NCBI GenBank assembly: GCA_050251875.1
Contig: JBFWMA010000003.1
Location: forward strand, 96,001 to 160,000
DNA length: 64,000 bases
Source of the DNA: Deferribacterales bacterium
Lineage (GTDB): Bacteria > Chrysiogenota > Deferribacteres > Deferribacterales > Geovibrionaceae
Direction of reading: 5' to 3'
The notes beneath the pieces are model-generated. The model did not search any database. It was not told the DNA's origin and saw nothing but the letters and a program-made list of their open reading frames with translations. This document shows, in pieces, positions 17,584 to 31,134 of this stretch. How positions within the stretch are numbered: position 1 is the first letter of the stretch; every line of letters begins with the position of its first letter. The translations under genes and the position numbers were made by a program.

Positions 17584-19152
17584 ATGGAAATTGTAAAACC
17601 CGATGTTCAGGCAGCGCAGACAGCACCGGCGGCAGAAGGTGAAGTCACCCTGAAAGAGGGCGAAGAGGTAAACGCAAAATTCATACGGAACCTGTCCACA
17701 GGCATGGTTCAGCTGAATATCAAAGGAAAGGTGGTGACAGCCGAGACAGACGTCAATATGTCATCATCCAAAACTTTTATCGCCGTGGTTGTGAAAAACC
17801 CTGACGGCTCCACCGCTCTGAGACTCTATCCCCCGCTCCCCGAATTCGCCGAGACAAAATCAAACACTTCCGGATTGCAGTACACGTCTCCCCAGAGTCA
17901 GACATCGCAGACACAGGCAAACACCCAGGGACAGACGGCGCAGGGGCAGACAACCCAGCCGCAGGTTTCATCCCAAACGGGTCAGACTGTCACGTCTCAG
18001 TCATCCGCCATGAATATTCAGCAAAATCAGACTGGCGCTCAACAGGGGCAGAATCAGACCCTGGCGCAAACCACCGCCGGAACAGACAGCCAGAGCGCCG
18101 CAATGACACAGAAACAGACATCGGTCAATATGCCGATGGATATACACCCGGGCGCCAGACAGCCCATAGGCACAGCCACACTGAAATCTTCAGATGTGCG
18201 TCTGATCCCTATGGATCAGCAGACCGGTCAGACGGGCTCTTCACAGAAGACCGCGCAAAACCCTCAGCAGAACGCTTATTCCACAGCATCCGCCGTGAAA
18301 CCGGCTGAGACTGTCATGCTGGACGGCAGGGCGCAGGCGATAAGACTCCCCGCAGGCTCCATCCCCGTTCAGGAGGGAGAGACTGTGGAGGTGAACATAC
18401 TGAAGATGCAGGAGAACGGCAAGACACTGGTGTCCATCAAAGATTCGCTCTTTGAGCTGAAGCTGGGTCCGCAGGTGTTCAAATCCCTGCTGGCAGAGGT
18501 CACATCAAAAAGCTCTCTGATAGACCTCAGCATACTCAGAACCCCCGTGGAGACTCTGGATCAGTCATATGTAAAACAGCAGGTCTCCGGGTTCGACATA
18601 GAAAAGATAATGAAAGCGTTCGGAAAATTTCAGCATGTGAGCATGGAGGATATGACGGCGGAAAAGCTGAAACAGTCACTGAAAGACTCCGGACTCACTT
18701 TTGAAAATAAACTTCTGAACGGACACGATGTCGCCGGCGATGAGAAATTCAACGCCCTGCTGAATCAGGATACGTCCGCCAAAGACAGCCTGACACGGAT
18801 GCAGGTGACAAATCTTTTTCTGGCGGGCGGCATACTCGCCTTTCTGAAGACCAAGGACGAAAACGTGGACGACACACTTCTGCGCTATAAACCCGGCGCG
18901 GACGGAAACGGAACCGTCTTTGTCTCCACATCCTTCTCCGAGCTGGGCGACACTCTTATTTCCATTCGTCAGAACAAAAACAAATTCAGCGTGTCTGTAA
19001 AGACAGAAAAGGATATTTCTAAAGAGCTTTCCGATCTCAGGCTTGAAAACAGTTCCATACACTGGTACAAATTTAATAAACAGGATCTTGAGATGCTTGA
19101 TCCTAAAAAAGATATCTCTGCCGATCTGGGCAGTTTTGAGGTGATTATCTGA
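17584..19152 (+). CDS. Hypothetical FliK-like protein with Gln/Thr-rich low-complexity region
   Basis: 522-aa ORF; SGLTFENKL segment and long Q/T/S linker as in FliK-like proteins; assignment tentative. Confidence 0.6.
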   Translation: MEIVKPDVQAAQTAPAAEGEVTLKEGEEVNAKFIRNLSTGMVQLNIKGKVVTAETDVNMSSSKTFIAVVVKNPDGSTALRLYPPLPEFAETKSNTSGLQYTSPQSQTSQTQANTQGQTAQGQTTQPQVSSQTGQTVTSQSSAMNIQQNQTGAQQGQNQTLAQTTAGTDSQSAAMTQKQTSVNMPMDIHPGARQPIGTATLKSSDVRLIPMDQQTGQTGSSQKTAQNPQQNAYSTASAVKPAETVMLDGRAQAIRLPAGSIPVQEGETVEVNILKMQENGKTLVSIKDSLFELKLGPQVFKSLLAEVTSKSSLIDLSILRTPVETLDQSYVKQQVSGFDIEKIMKAFGKFQHVSMEDMTAEKLKQSLKDSGLTFENKLLNGHDVAGDEKFNALLNQDTSAKDSLTRMQVTNLFLAGGILAFLKTKDENVDDTLLRYKPGADGNGTVFVSTSFSELGDTLISIRQNKNKFSVSVKTEKDISKELSDLRLENSSIHWYKFNKQDLEMLDPKKDISADLGSFEVII

Positions 19153-20333
19153 TGGACAAAACCATTAACTATCTTAAGAATTTCTTCATGGAGTCTTCCG
19201 AACTGCTTATTGTGGCTCTGATAGCTCTGCTCAGCTATTTTATCGTAAAAAAAGTAATAGTCTCATCTCTTCATAGATTTTTTAAAAAAACTGAGAACAC
19301 CTATGACGACCTGATAATCGAATCCGGAATTTTCGGTCAGCTCGCCATGATAGCTCCCGCTCTGGTTTTCATCTATTCTGCGGATATCATAAAGATACCC
19401 CACTACCTGATTCAGATCATCTCAGCTTACATCGCCGCCAACATCACTATTTTCTTTATCAGGCTTTTTACACTTATCAACAAAGTTTACAACCAGTTCG
19501 AGGTTTCCGCCAAAAGACCCATCAAAGGCTATATCCAGCTGATGCAGGTTATCACGGCTTTTCTCGGCATAATCATAACAATCTGCATAGGCATCGGAAA
19601 ATCGCCTCTGGGAATCCTGAGCGGTCTGGGCGCCATGACAGCCGTTCTGATGTTCGTGTTCAAAGACACGATCATGTGCTTCATAGCGGGACTCCAGATA
19701 GTTTTCAACGATCTGCTCCATAACGGCGACTGGATCGAAATGCCCAACATGGGCGCTGACGGCGAGGTTATGGATATCGCTCTGTATACCGTGCGTGTGC
19801 GCAACTTCGACAAAACAATAGTTACAATCCCCACCAGCAAGTTCTTAGACAGCTCTTTTAAAAACTGGCGGGGCATGACGGAATCCGGCGGACGCAGAAT
19901 AAAAAGATCAATATCCATCGACCAGTCCACTGTCCGCTTTCTGGACAGAGCCTCCATAGAAAAATTTTCCGGAATCAACCTGATAAAAGACTATATGGAT
20001 CAGAAGCTCCATGAGGACATAGACGCAGACGGCAAGGACATCAACAAAAGAAAGCTCACCAATCTCGGTACTTTCCGTGTGTATATAAAAGAATATCTGA
20101 AAAATAATCCCAAACTCCATAAGGATATGACTCTGATAGTCCGCCAGCTCCCCTCCGGATCTGAAGGGCTTCCCATAGAAATCTATGTCTTTACCACCAC
20201 CACTAACTGGTCTGACTATGAAGATATCCAGTCTGACATATTCGATCACCTGACTGCGGCGGTAAAAGATTTTGATCTCAGAATTTTTCAGCATCCTTCC
20301 GGTTATGATTTTTCTAAATTAGGGTCAAGTTGA
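19152..20333 (+). CDS. Mechanosensitive channel, MscS family (YbdG/MscM-like)
   Basis: GLGAMTAVLM, GDWIEMP, NWRGMTESGGRRIKRS, YEDIQSDIFDH. Confidence 0.92.
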   Translation: MDKTINYLKNFFMESSELLIVALIALLSYFIVKKVIVSSLHRFFKKTENTYDDLIIESGIFGQLAMIAPALVFIYSADIIKIPHYLIQIISAYIAANITIFFIRLFTLINKVYNQFEVSAKRPIKGYIQLMQVITAFLGIIITICIGIGKSPLGILSGLGAMTAVLMFVFKDTIMCFIAGLQIVFNDLLHNGDWIEMPNMGADGEVMDIALYTVRVRNFDKTIVTIPTSKFLDSSFKNWRGMTESGGRRIKRSISIDQSTVRFLDRASIEKFSGINLIKDYMDQKLHEDIDADGKDINKRKLTNLGTFRVYIKEYLKNNPKLHKDMTLIVRQLPSGSEGLPIEIYVFTTTTNWSDYEDIQSDIFDHLTAAVKDFDLRIFQHPSGYDFSKLGSS

Positions 20334-20351
20334 TCTTTTTCGTGCCGATTT
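20325..20351 (+). promoter_or_regulatory. Candidate sigma-28 (FliA) promoter
   Basis: TCAA (20325-20328), 15 nt, GCCGATTT (20344-20351), upstream of ORF 20399. Confidence 0.45.
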
Positions 20352-20398
20352 AGGGTTATAAGCGTCCGCAGCTTTTTCTCATTACGCCGGGGGTATTT

Positions 20399-22186
20399 AT
20401 GTTTCTGTCCAGAAAGTACAAAGTGACCGTCACCAACAAGAACACCGTGCTGGAAGTAAAGCACGGCGCTAACCTCTACTCTGTTCTCCGTGAGCATGAG
20501 CTCATCGAAAAAATGCTCTGTGACGGAAGCAGCCAGTGCGGCAAGTGCAAGGTGAAGATATCCGGCAATGACGTAAATAAACCTACCAAGAAAGAGCGTC
20601 TGGTGCTGGCGGAAACCAGCATAGAGAGCGGAATGAGGCTGGCTTGCCAGTACACAGTGAAGTCCGACATAAAAGTAGACACTCAGGAAGCCGCAAAACG
20701 TGAGAACGTCAACCCCGGCATAGTCAGCATGAAGATAGTGAAGAGCAACGGAGAGGTGGAGGAGAACGAGTTTAAATCATATCTGCACTCGGATATGTTT
20801 ATTAAGCCCGACCTGCCCGCTTCAAACGAACCTATACATGTTCCGGAAGATCAGGAGCCGGAGCTCATCGTTGACGATTCTGTGGATGACGATGATTTTG
20901 TTTTACGTGAAACATTTGAAGAGCTTCCGCAGGAACCTGTCACTCCCCGATTCATGCAGGAGGAGGAACCTGTTCAGCAACCCATTCATAATGCGGACGA
21001 GCCGGAAACACCGACTCAGGAACCTCTGAAAGATGACTCTATAAAAATAACCAGCAGAGCCTCCGCTCCGGCATATGAGGACGATTCATACAGCAATGAC
21101 GGACTGCTTCTGGTTCAGCAGCCGGACGGAATTCAGTATTTTCATTACAGCGCAGGCATAGCCAATCTGGCTTCTAAAGGAATGATAAAGACCGATGAGC
21201 GCATTGAGGTGCTTCTGGAAAAGCATCTGCTCAGCGATTTCATCTATAACAACATAAACGTGAAAGATGTTGAACGAGTTATCGTAATGCTGGACGACTG
21301 CTACTTCGAGGGAAAAGAGCTGTTCAACCTCGTGATATACACATCCATAAACATCGGCGGATTTCTCATAGAAATCCTTCAGCCCATGCAGAACCACAGG
21401 GACATGGTGCGTTTTCTCAGGTTTGTCAACCAGACACCCGGCAAGCGTCTGCTGATTCCGCTGGATTCTCTGGAGAAGGCATATTTTCTGGATGACGGAA
21501 ACCTCTATGAGCTGGAGGCGGGATATATCGACTCCGACAGTCTCCTGTCCATGAGCGAGTTCAACGGAAAGAACCCTATAGTGGGGCTCAGCGATGATAT
21601 GCTGGAGACCACCGTTAAGGATTCATTTCATCTGCCTGATTCCATATCCTTCACCGTGTTTTTCCACACGGCGGTTATCTTTATGAAAACCGGGCTGGCG
21701 GACAAACGTCTTCAGCTGAAAGACAGAACCGCTGTGATGGATCTGATGCCCCTTGAGATTACCGTTAAGCTGGGCAAACATGACGGGCTTAAAAGATTCA
21801 ATGTTTTCCGCAAACAGGGATGCGATCTTTACATCGATCAGAACGCTCTGGACGCCCTGAACAGGTTCAGGCTTTTCATCCGCACGGTAATAGCCTATAC
21901 AGAGAAAAAATTCGGAAATATAGACAACATAGTATTTTATACACTGACAGACAGCGCTACACTGGCGGATGATCTGCTCACTCTTTCCGCAGTGCCTAAG
22001 AAATATGAAAGACGCTTAAAGACTTTTTCCGGCGATCCTTCCATATTCGCTGTACAGTTTTTTCAGGAGAGGGATATCGAGACATATTTTCAGAAGCGTT
22101 TCGGTGTGCATGAGATTATCAGTCTGGATTCTGACGAAGTATTCACAGAGACCCAGAAAGAGTGCGAGCTAAAAATTATTTCCTGA
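20399..22186 (+). CDS. 2Fe-2S ferredoxin domain + acidic linker + degenerate RACo/ASKHA-like C-terminal region
   Basis: CDGSSQCGKC...RLACQ cluster motif; C-terminal resemblance to RACo recognised by eye. Confidence 0.75.
   Translation: MFLSRKYKVTVTNKNTVLEVKHGANLYSVLREHELIEKMLCDGSSQCGKCKVKISGNDVNKPTKKERLVLAETSIESGMRLACQYTVKSDIKVDTQEAAKRENVNPGIVSMKIVKSNGEVEENEFKSYLHSDMFIKPDLPASNEPIHVPEDQEPELIVDDSVDDDDFVLRETFEELPQEPVTPRFMQEEEPVQQPIHNADEPETPTQEPLKDDSIKITSRASAPAYEDDSYSNDGLLLVQQPDGIQYFHYSAGIANLASKGMIKTDERIEVLLEKHLLSDFIYNNINVKDVERVIVMLDDCYFEGKELFNLVIYTSINIGGFLIEILQPMQNHRDMVRFLRFVNQTPGKRLLIPLDSLEKAYFLDDGNLYELEAGYIDSDSLLSMSEFNGKNPIVGLSDDMLETTVKDSFHLPDSISFTVFFHTAVIFMKTGLADKRLQLKDRTAVMDLMPLEITVKLGKHDGLKRFNVFRKQGCDLYIDQNALDALNRFRLFIRTVIAYTEKKFGNIDNIVFYTLTDSATLADDLLTLSAVPKKYERRLKTFSGDPSIFAVQFFQERDIETYFQKRFGVHEIISLDSDEVFTETQKECELKIIS
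20899..20914. other. parS-like site (1 mismatch), inside CDS
   Basis: TGTTTTACGTGAAACA vs consensus TGTTTCACGTGAAACA. Confidence 0.7.
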
Positions 22187-22547
22187 AGGCTTCCGCTATA
22201 GCGGTTTCCAGATCGGCGGCTCTTACCGGTTTGTTCAGATAGATACAGGCGCCCTGCGCGGCTGTGTCTTTGTATGATTTATATGATCCGAAAGCTGTAA
22301 TGACTATTTTTTTAGCGTTTATATTCTTCTCGTTCAGCTTGTCCATGAACTCCATACCGTTCATTTTAGGCATTCTCAGGTCGGTTATGACAAGATCATA
22401 AGATTTCTTCTCAGCCATCAGCAGACCTTCAAGCCCGTCAGCGGCCATATCCACTTCGTATCCGCCCATTTTCAGTATCTCGGCATAGCCAAGCCTTGTG
22501 TGTTCTTCGTCATCCACAACCAGAATCTTAAGATCTTCCATAATCAT
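22176..22547 (-). CDS. Single-domain response regulator
   Basis: LVVDDE, DLRMPKMNG, ITAFG, KPV; start overlaps hfq stop (ATGA). Confidence 0.9.
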   Translation of the reverse strand: MIMEDLKILVVDDEEHTRLGYAEILKMGGYEVDMAADGLEGLLMAEKKSYDLVITDLRMPKMNGMEFMDKLNEKNINAKKIVITAFGSYKSYKDTAAQGACIYLNKPVRAADLETAIAEAFRK

Positions 22548-23068
22548 CTCTCGCCGTCATACTTGATAATCTCCCCTGTCTGATAGATGGGGAAGATAGT
22601 AGAAATCGTATTTTTATAAACAAGCTGCTGTCTGCCCTCGAAGGCGGTCAGCAGTGTATAGTTATCGAAACCGATGAGGCTTCCTCTGATCTTAACACCG
22701 TTGATAAGGAAGCTGACGATAGGCGAGCGTGACTTGCGCACCTCGTTTAAGAAGATATCCTGCATGGGCGGGCGTGTATGTTTCGGGTGTCTGCCCTGAT
22801 GTGCGCTGTAATATATTTTTGAAATAAAGTCGATGTCCACAACGGTTTTAGCGGCGGCAACGGTCGCTATATCGTTCTTAGACAGCAGAATTTTTACCTC
22901 TGCGTCATCCAGAAGAATGTGGTATGGATCAAAATCCATCACCCTTCCCCTGAATCTCTCTTTATTCTTCATAATGAACATAAGAGGTATCTTTCTGGTC
23001 CGGGCATTGTGCATAAAAACAAATTCTATCTGCGCGTGAAATGACGCCGCGGCGGCGGAACTTTCCAT
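22544..23068 (-). CDS. hfq: RNA chaperone Hfq with two tandem Hfq/Sm domains
   Basis: C-domain QDIFLN...FLINGVKIRG...FDNY...QLVYKNTISTIFP; N-domain FMHNARTRKIP...RGRVMDFDPYHILL...SKNDIATV; GGGGAGAG RBS. Confidence 0.88.
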   Translation of the reverse strand: MESSAAAASFHAQIEFVFMHNARTRKIPLMFIMKNKERFRGRVMDFDPYHILLDDAEVKILLSKNDIATVAAAKTVVDIDFISKIYYSAHQGRHPKHTRPPMQDIFLNEVRKSRSPIVSFLINGVKIRGSLIGFDNYTLLTAFEGRQQLVYKNTISTIFPIYQTGEIIKYDGER

Positions 23069-23089
23069 CAAACTCTCCCCGATTCGATT

Positions 23090-23345
23090 GTATATATAAA
23101 TACAGAACTTATAACCCGATTATAAATTGTTTATTTGTGTTTACAAGTTTTTATTTTATCAACACGATTTTATTCATATTTTTTATAGGCTATTCCATCC
23201 TGTGACAGTGTTGAAAGTGAGCCCCAGACTTTCAACATTTTTTCCCATTCAAAAATCATTGACAAATTTGAGCTAAATCGCTTGTCAACACTTTACAAAT
23301 AGCTTATTATTACTACGACTATATATTTAAAATATAAAACTATAA
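23090..23345. other. Probable chromosomal replication origin (oriC)
   Basis: AT-rich intergenic region before dnaN; DnaA-box-like TTATCAACA (23156), TTATTCATA (23170), inverted CTTTCAACA pair (23209-23237), TTGTCAACA (23282); trio run TATTATTACTACGACTAT (23305-23322) followed by an AT cluster. Confidence 0.65.
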
Positions 23346-23356
23346 GAGGAAAGATT

Positions 23357-24462
23357 ATGCGTTTTAAGGCCGTTAAAGATGAAATTTATCCGTTCATCCA
23401 GTACGCTAACAATTTTACAAGCCCGAAAAACCTTAATACTATTCTGCAAAATATACTAATAGAAGCAGAAAGCGATGGTGTCATTTTAAGAGCCACCGAC
23501 ATGCAGGTTGGTTTCAGCGGAAAGGTAGATGTAAGCGTTGAGACCACAGGTGTTGCCACAGTATCCGCTAAAAAACTCCTCGACATAGTCAGAGAGATAC
23601 CGGACGGATCAGTTATCGATTTTCACTTTGATGGATCTAAGATAAATATATCAGCGGGAAAATCAAGTTTCAAACTCTCTACCATCAGTCACGAAATATT
23701 CCCGACAATGGCAGAGATAACACCTGAATACAGCCTCAGAATAAAAAGCTCCGTTCTTTTTGATCTCATAAAAAAAACCAGTTTCTGCATATCAACAGAC
23801 GCTTCAAAGATCGAATACACCGGAGCCCATTTAGCGGTATACGGAAACAAGCTGGAAATCTCTTCAGCAGACTTTCAGCGTATAGCTACCAGCAGCGTCA
23901 CTTTTGATGATGAATACGCAAATGAATTTATAATAAATATTCCCAGAAAAACTGTTATTGAGCTGATGAAAGTTCTCGATAACGATGAATACGTTGAGAT
24001 AGACACCGACCGCAAACAGATAATCTTTAAAATCGGAGCTATTCAGATATATTCCAAACTCATCGAGAAATATATCAAGAGCATCACAAAGCTCTTCTCC
24101 AACGATTATCCTCTCACAGCGAAACTTAAAAGATCAGAGTTCCTTGACGTTATAAAAAGGGTTTCCGCCATCACCAGCGAAGTGACTCATGGTGTTGTTC
24201 TCTCTTTCAAAGAGGACGGGCTAACTCTCTACAGCTTAGAGACAGAATACGGAGCCGGACACGAAACCATTGACGATTTCGAGTTCACAGGAACCTATCT
24301 GGATATCATCTTTAACTCCAAACACATGGTTGAGATGGTAAACAACATAGACACAGACTATTTCGTGCTTTCCATGATATCAGACAGAAGCCCCGCTATC
24401 ATTCTGCCTGAGTCCGGAAACTATAAATATCTTGTGGTACCGATCTCAATCAACAGGTTCTG

Positions 24463-24463
<1 letters not shown>
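23357..24463 (+). CDS. dnaN: DNA polymerase III beta sliding clamp
   Basis: 368 aa, LRATDM, AKKLLDIVREIP, IIFNSKH, YLVVPI; precedes recF-gyrB. Confidence 0.93.
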
Positions 24464-27853
<3,390 letters not shown>

Positions 27854-27860
27854 GTGCATA

Positions 27861-30350
27861 ATGGAAGATAAAAAACGTATAGTTCCAATAACGATAGAAG
27901 AATCCGTAAAAAACAGCTACCTCGATTACGCCATGAGCGTTATCGTGGGGCGTGCCCTTCCCGATGTGCGTGACGGTCTGAAGCCTGTTCATCGCCGGGT
28001 GCTCTACTCCATGAGCGAAATGGGCGTTTTTTACAATAAATCATATAAGAAATCCGCCCGTATCGTGGGTGACGTAATCGGTAAGTATCACCCCCACGGT
28101 GACAGCGCTGTTTACGACACTCTGGTGCGTATGGCTCAGGATTTCTCTCTGCGCTATCCTCTGGTGGACGGACAGGGTAACTTCGGTTCTGTGGACGGTG
28201 ACAACGCCGCCGCCATGAGATATACCGAGGTTCGTCTCTCTAAAATAGCTGACGAGCTTCTGACCGATCTGGATAAGGACACAGTGGATTTTACCCCTAA
28301 CTATGACGGATCGCTGGATGAGCCCGCTGTGCTCCCCACCCGTGTTCCGGCTCTTCTGGTTAACGGAACCAGCGGTATCGCCGTTGGTATGGCGACCAAC
28401 ATTCCCCCCCACTGTCTCACAGAGGTGATCTCCGCTCTGACTCATATGATAGATAATGAGGACTATACGGAAGACGATCTTCTTCAGATAGTTAAAGGAC
28501 CCGATTTCCCCACATACGGTCTGATTATGGGCAAAAAAGATATCATGAACGCCTATAGAACAGGTCGCGGCTCTATAACTATAAGAGCCCGTGTGGTGAT
28601 AGAAGAGACAAAAACAGGCAAGCCTGTGATTGTTGTCCGTGAGATTCCTTATCAGGTGAACAAAGCGTCTATGATAGAAAAAATAGCCGAACTTGTTCAT
28701 GAGAAAAAGATTACAGGAATTACCGACCTTCGTGATGAGTCTGATAAAGACGGTATCAGGGTTGTAATAGAGCTGAGAAAAGGCGAAAACGCCGAAGTTG
28801 TTCTTAACAGACTCTATAAATTTACACAGATGCAGACATCTTTCGGTTTCAACATGGTTGCTCTGGTGGACGGCAAGCCCCAGACGCTGTCTCTGATGCG
28901 CATCCTTCAGGAGTTCATCAGCCACAGGATAACCGTTGTTACCAGGAGAACAAAATATCTGCTTAGAAAAGCAGAAGACAGACTCCACATTTTGGAAGGT
29001 CTGATCAAAGCTGTTGAAAACATAGACGAAGTTATCAAGACCATCAAAGCCTCTAAAGACACTGCGGACGCTAAGAAAAATCTTTGCGAGCAGTTCGGAT
29101 TCACAGAGGTTCAGTCACAGTCCATTCTGGAGATGAGACTTCAGAAACTGACCGGTCTGGAGATAGAAAAACTTCAGGAAGAATATGAAAATACACTGAA
29201 AGATATTCAATACTACAAAAGCATTCTGGGCGACAGACACGTTATGATGGCTCTTATCAAAGAAGAGCTCGAAGAGGTCAAAGCTAAATACGGCGATGAA
29301 AGACGCACAGAGATAACAGCGGATGTTCAGGATTTTGAAGACGAAGATCTTATCCCGAACACAGAAAAAGTAGTGACAATGACCCATCAGGGATATATAA
29401 AGAGCACACTGCTCAATGCCTACACCGCTCAGAAACGCGGCGGAAAAGGCAAGACAGGCGCCGGAAGCAAGGATGAGGATTTCATCGAGCGTATAATCGT
29501 GACAACAAACCACACAAGGCTCATGTTCTTCACCAACACCGGAAAGGTTCATTACATGAAAGTGTATAACCTGCCTGAAGTAATGAAAGACGCTAAAGGA
29601 AGACACATATCCAACCTGCTCACACTTGAGGCGGATGAATATGTAGCCTCTGTCCTTCCGCTGCCTGCTGATCCTGAGAACAAGTTCCTGTTCTTCGCCA
29701 CCAAAGAGGGTGTTGCTAAGAAGACCAGCCTGACAGAATTCTCCAGCGGTAGAAGCGGTATCGTGGCTATCAAAATGCGTGACGGAGATGAGATCATCGC
29801 CGCCGCCATTACATCTAATGAGGACAGCGTAATCTTCTCTACCAGAGACGGTAAGAATATTCAGTTCTCATCAGAAGATGTCAGACCTATGGGCAGAAGC
29901 GCCACCGGCGTCAGAGGAATCACTCTGGAACCCAGAGACTATGTAGTGTCTATGGAGATACTCACAGGCGAACCCTACATCCTGTCTGTTACCACAGGCG
30001 GATACGGCAAGCTGACTGTGAAAGATGATTACAGACTTCAGTCCAGAGGCGGAAAAGGAATTAAGCTCTGCAGAGTAAGCTCAAAAACAGGATACGTCTG
30101 CGGCGCTAAACAGGTGGACGACAGCGATGAGGTGATCCTGATCACCCGCTCCGGTAAAACCATCAGAATAGAGGCATCCGGAATATCAAAAATGGGCAGA
30201 GACACCATGGGTGTCAAACTCATGGATATCGAAGATGACAACGAGATCATATCATTTGCGGTAATTAAGGAGGGACAGGAAAATGGCGACAGTGATGGAC
30301 GGGAAAGCACTCTCCCAGAAGGTGAGAGCTCAACTGAAACTGAAGGTTGA
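27861..30350 (+). CDS. gyrA: DNA gyrase subunit A
   Basis: [17 protein letters not shown], GyrA-box QKRGGKG. Confidence 0.98.
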   Translation: MEDKKRIVPITIEESVKNSYLDYAMSVIVGRALPDVRDGLKPVHRRVLYSMSEMGVFYNKSYKKSARIVGDVIGKYHPHGDSAVYDTLVRMAQDFSLRYPLVDGQGNFGSVDGDNAAAMRYTEVRLSKIADELLTDLDKDTVDFTPNYDGSLDEPAVLPTRVPALLVNGTSGIAVGMATNIPPHCLTEVISALTHMIDNEDYTEDDLLQIVKGPDFPTYGLIMGKKDIMNAYRTGRGSITIRARVVIEETKTGKPVIVVREIPYQVNKASMIEKIAELVHEKKITGITDLRDESDKDGIRVVIELRKGENAEVVLNRLYKFTQMQTSFGFNMVALVDGKPQTLSLMRILQEFISHRITVVTRRTKYLLRKAEDRLHILEGLIKAVENIDEVIKTIKASKDTADAKKNLCEQFGFTEVQSQSILEMRLQKLTGLEIEKLQEEYENTLKDIQYYKSILGDRHVMMALIKEELEEVKAKYGDERRTEITADVQDFEDEDLIPNTEKVVTMTHQGYIKSTLLNAYTAQKRGGKGKTGAGSKDEDFIERIIVTTNHTRLMFFTNTGKVHYMKVYNLPEVMKDAKGRHISNLLTLEADEYVASVLPLPADPENKFLFFATKEGVAKKTSLTEFSSGRSGIVAIKMRDGDEIIAAAITSNEDSVIFSTRDGKNIQFSSEDVRPMGRSATGVRGITLEPRDYVVSMEILTGEPYILSVTTGGYGKLTVKDDYRLQSRGGKGIKLCRVSSKTGYVCGAKQVDDSDEVILITRSGKTIRIEASGISKMGRDTMGVKLMDIEDDNEIISFAVIKEGQENGDSDGRESTLPEGESSTETEG

Positions 30351-31131
30351 TGAGTATAAGGCTAAATACAGCCGTGTACCCGGTCTGGCTGTAATCCTGG
30401 TTGGTGAGGATCCCGCAAGCCAGGTCTATGTCAGAATGAAGAATAAAAACTGTGAGGAAGCGGGATACAAATCAATCGTAAACCGCATGCCCGACACCAC
30501 CACCACAGAAGAGCTTCTGGCGGTTGTGGAGCAGTATAACAGTGACGACACAATAAATGGTATCCTTGTTCAGCTCCCTCTGCCCAAGCAGATAGATGAA
30601 CACAAAGTTCTGTATGCCATCAAACCGGAAAAAGATGTGGATGGATTCCATCCCTTTAACGTTGGTCTGATGAATATCGGAGAGGAGACACTTTATCCCT
30701 GCACTCCTTACGGATGCATGAAATTCCTTGAAGAATACGGAATTGACACCACTGGAAAGAACGCTGTTGTCATCGGAAGAAGCAATATCGTCGGTAAGCC
30801 CATGGCTTCGCTTCTGCTGAAAGCAAACTGCACTGTGACCATCTGCCATTCAAAAACAAAAAACATGCAGGAGATCTGCCGTCAGGCGGACATTCTTGTG
30901 GCGGCCATCGGAAAACCTGAGTTTGTGACAGCCGATTTTGTGAAAGAAGGCGCTGTTATTCTGGACGTGGGTATCAACAGGGTGGATGACAAACTTGTGG
31001 GCGATGTCGCCTATGAGGAAGTTTCCAAGAAAGCCAGCTGTATCACACCTGTTCCCGGAGGCGTGGGTCCCATGACGATAGCTATGCTTCTGGCAAACAC
31101 CATGAAAGCGTTCGAGGCAACACTGAAATAA
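30283..31131 (+). CDS. folD: Bifunctional methylene-THF dehydrogenase/cyclohydrolase
   Basis: [45 protein letters not shown] upstream. Confidence 0.97.
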   Translation: MATVMDGKALSQKVRAQLKLKVDEYKAKYSRVPGLAVILVGEDPASQVYVRMKNKNCEEAGYKSIVNRMPDTTTTEELLAVVEQYNSDDTINGILVQLPLPKQIDEHKVLYAIKPEKDVDGFHPFNVGLMNIGEETLYPCTPYGCMKFLEEYGIDTTGKNAVVIGRSNIVGKPMASLLLKANCTVTICHSKTKNMQEICRQADILVAAIGKPEFVTADFVKEGAVILDVGINRVDDKLVGDVAYEEVSKKASCITPVPGGVGPMTIAMLLANTMKAFEATLK

Positions 31132-31134
31132 TAT

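Noticed and set aside
17870..18300. CAGAC-rich repetitive DNA
   Set aside because: Explained by Gln/Thr codons in a low-complexity linker; no fixed period, not a CRISPR or VNTR
28041..28988. 315-aa antisense ORF in gyrA (similar ones at 37595-38557, 40494-41456, 45756-46616, 61234-62124)
   Set aside because: Shadow frames of well-conserved genes; no recognisable motifs
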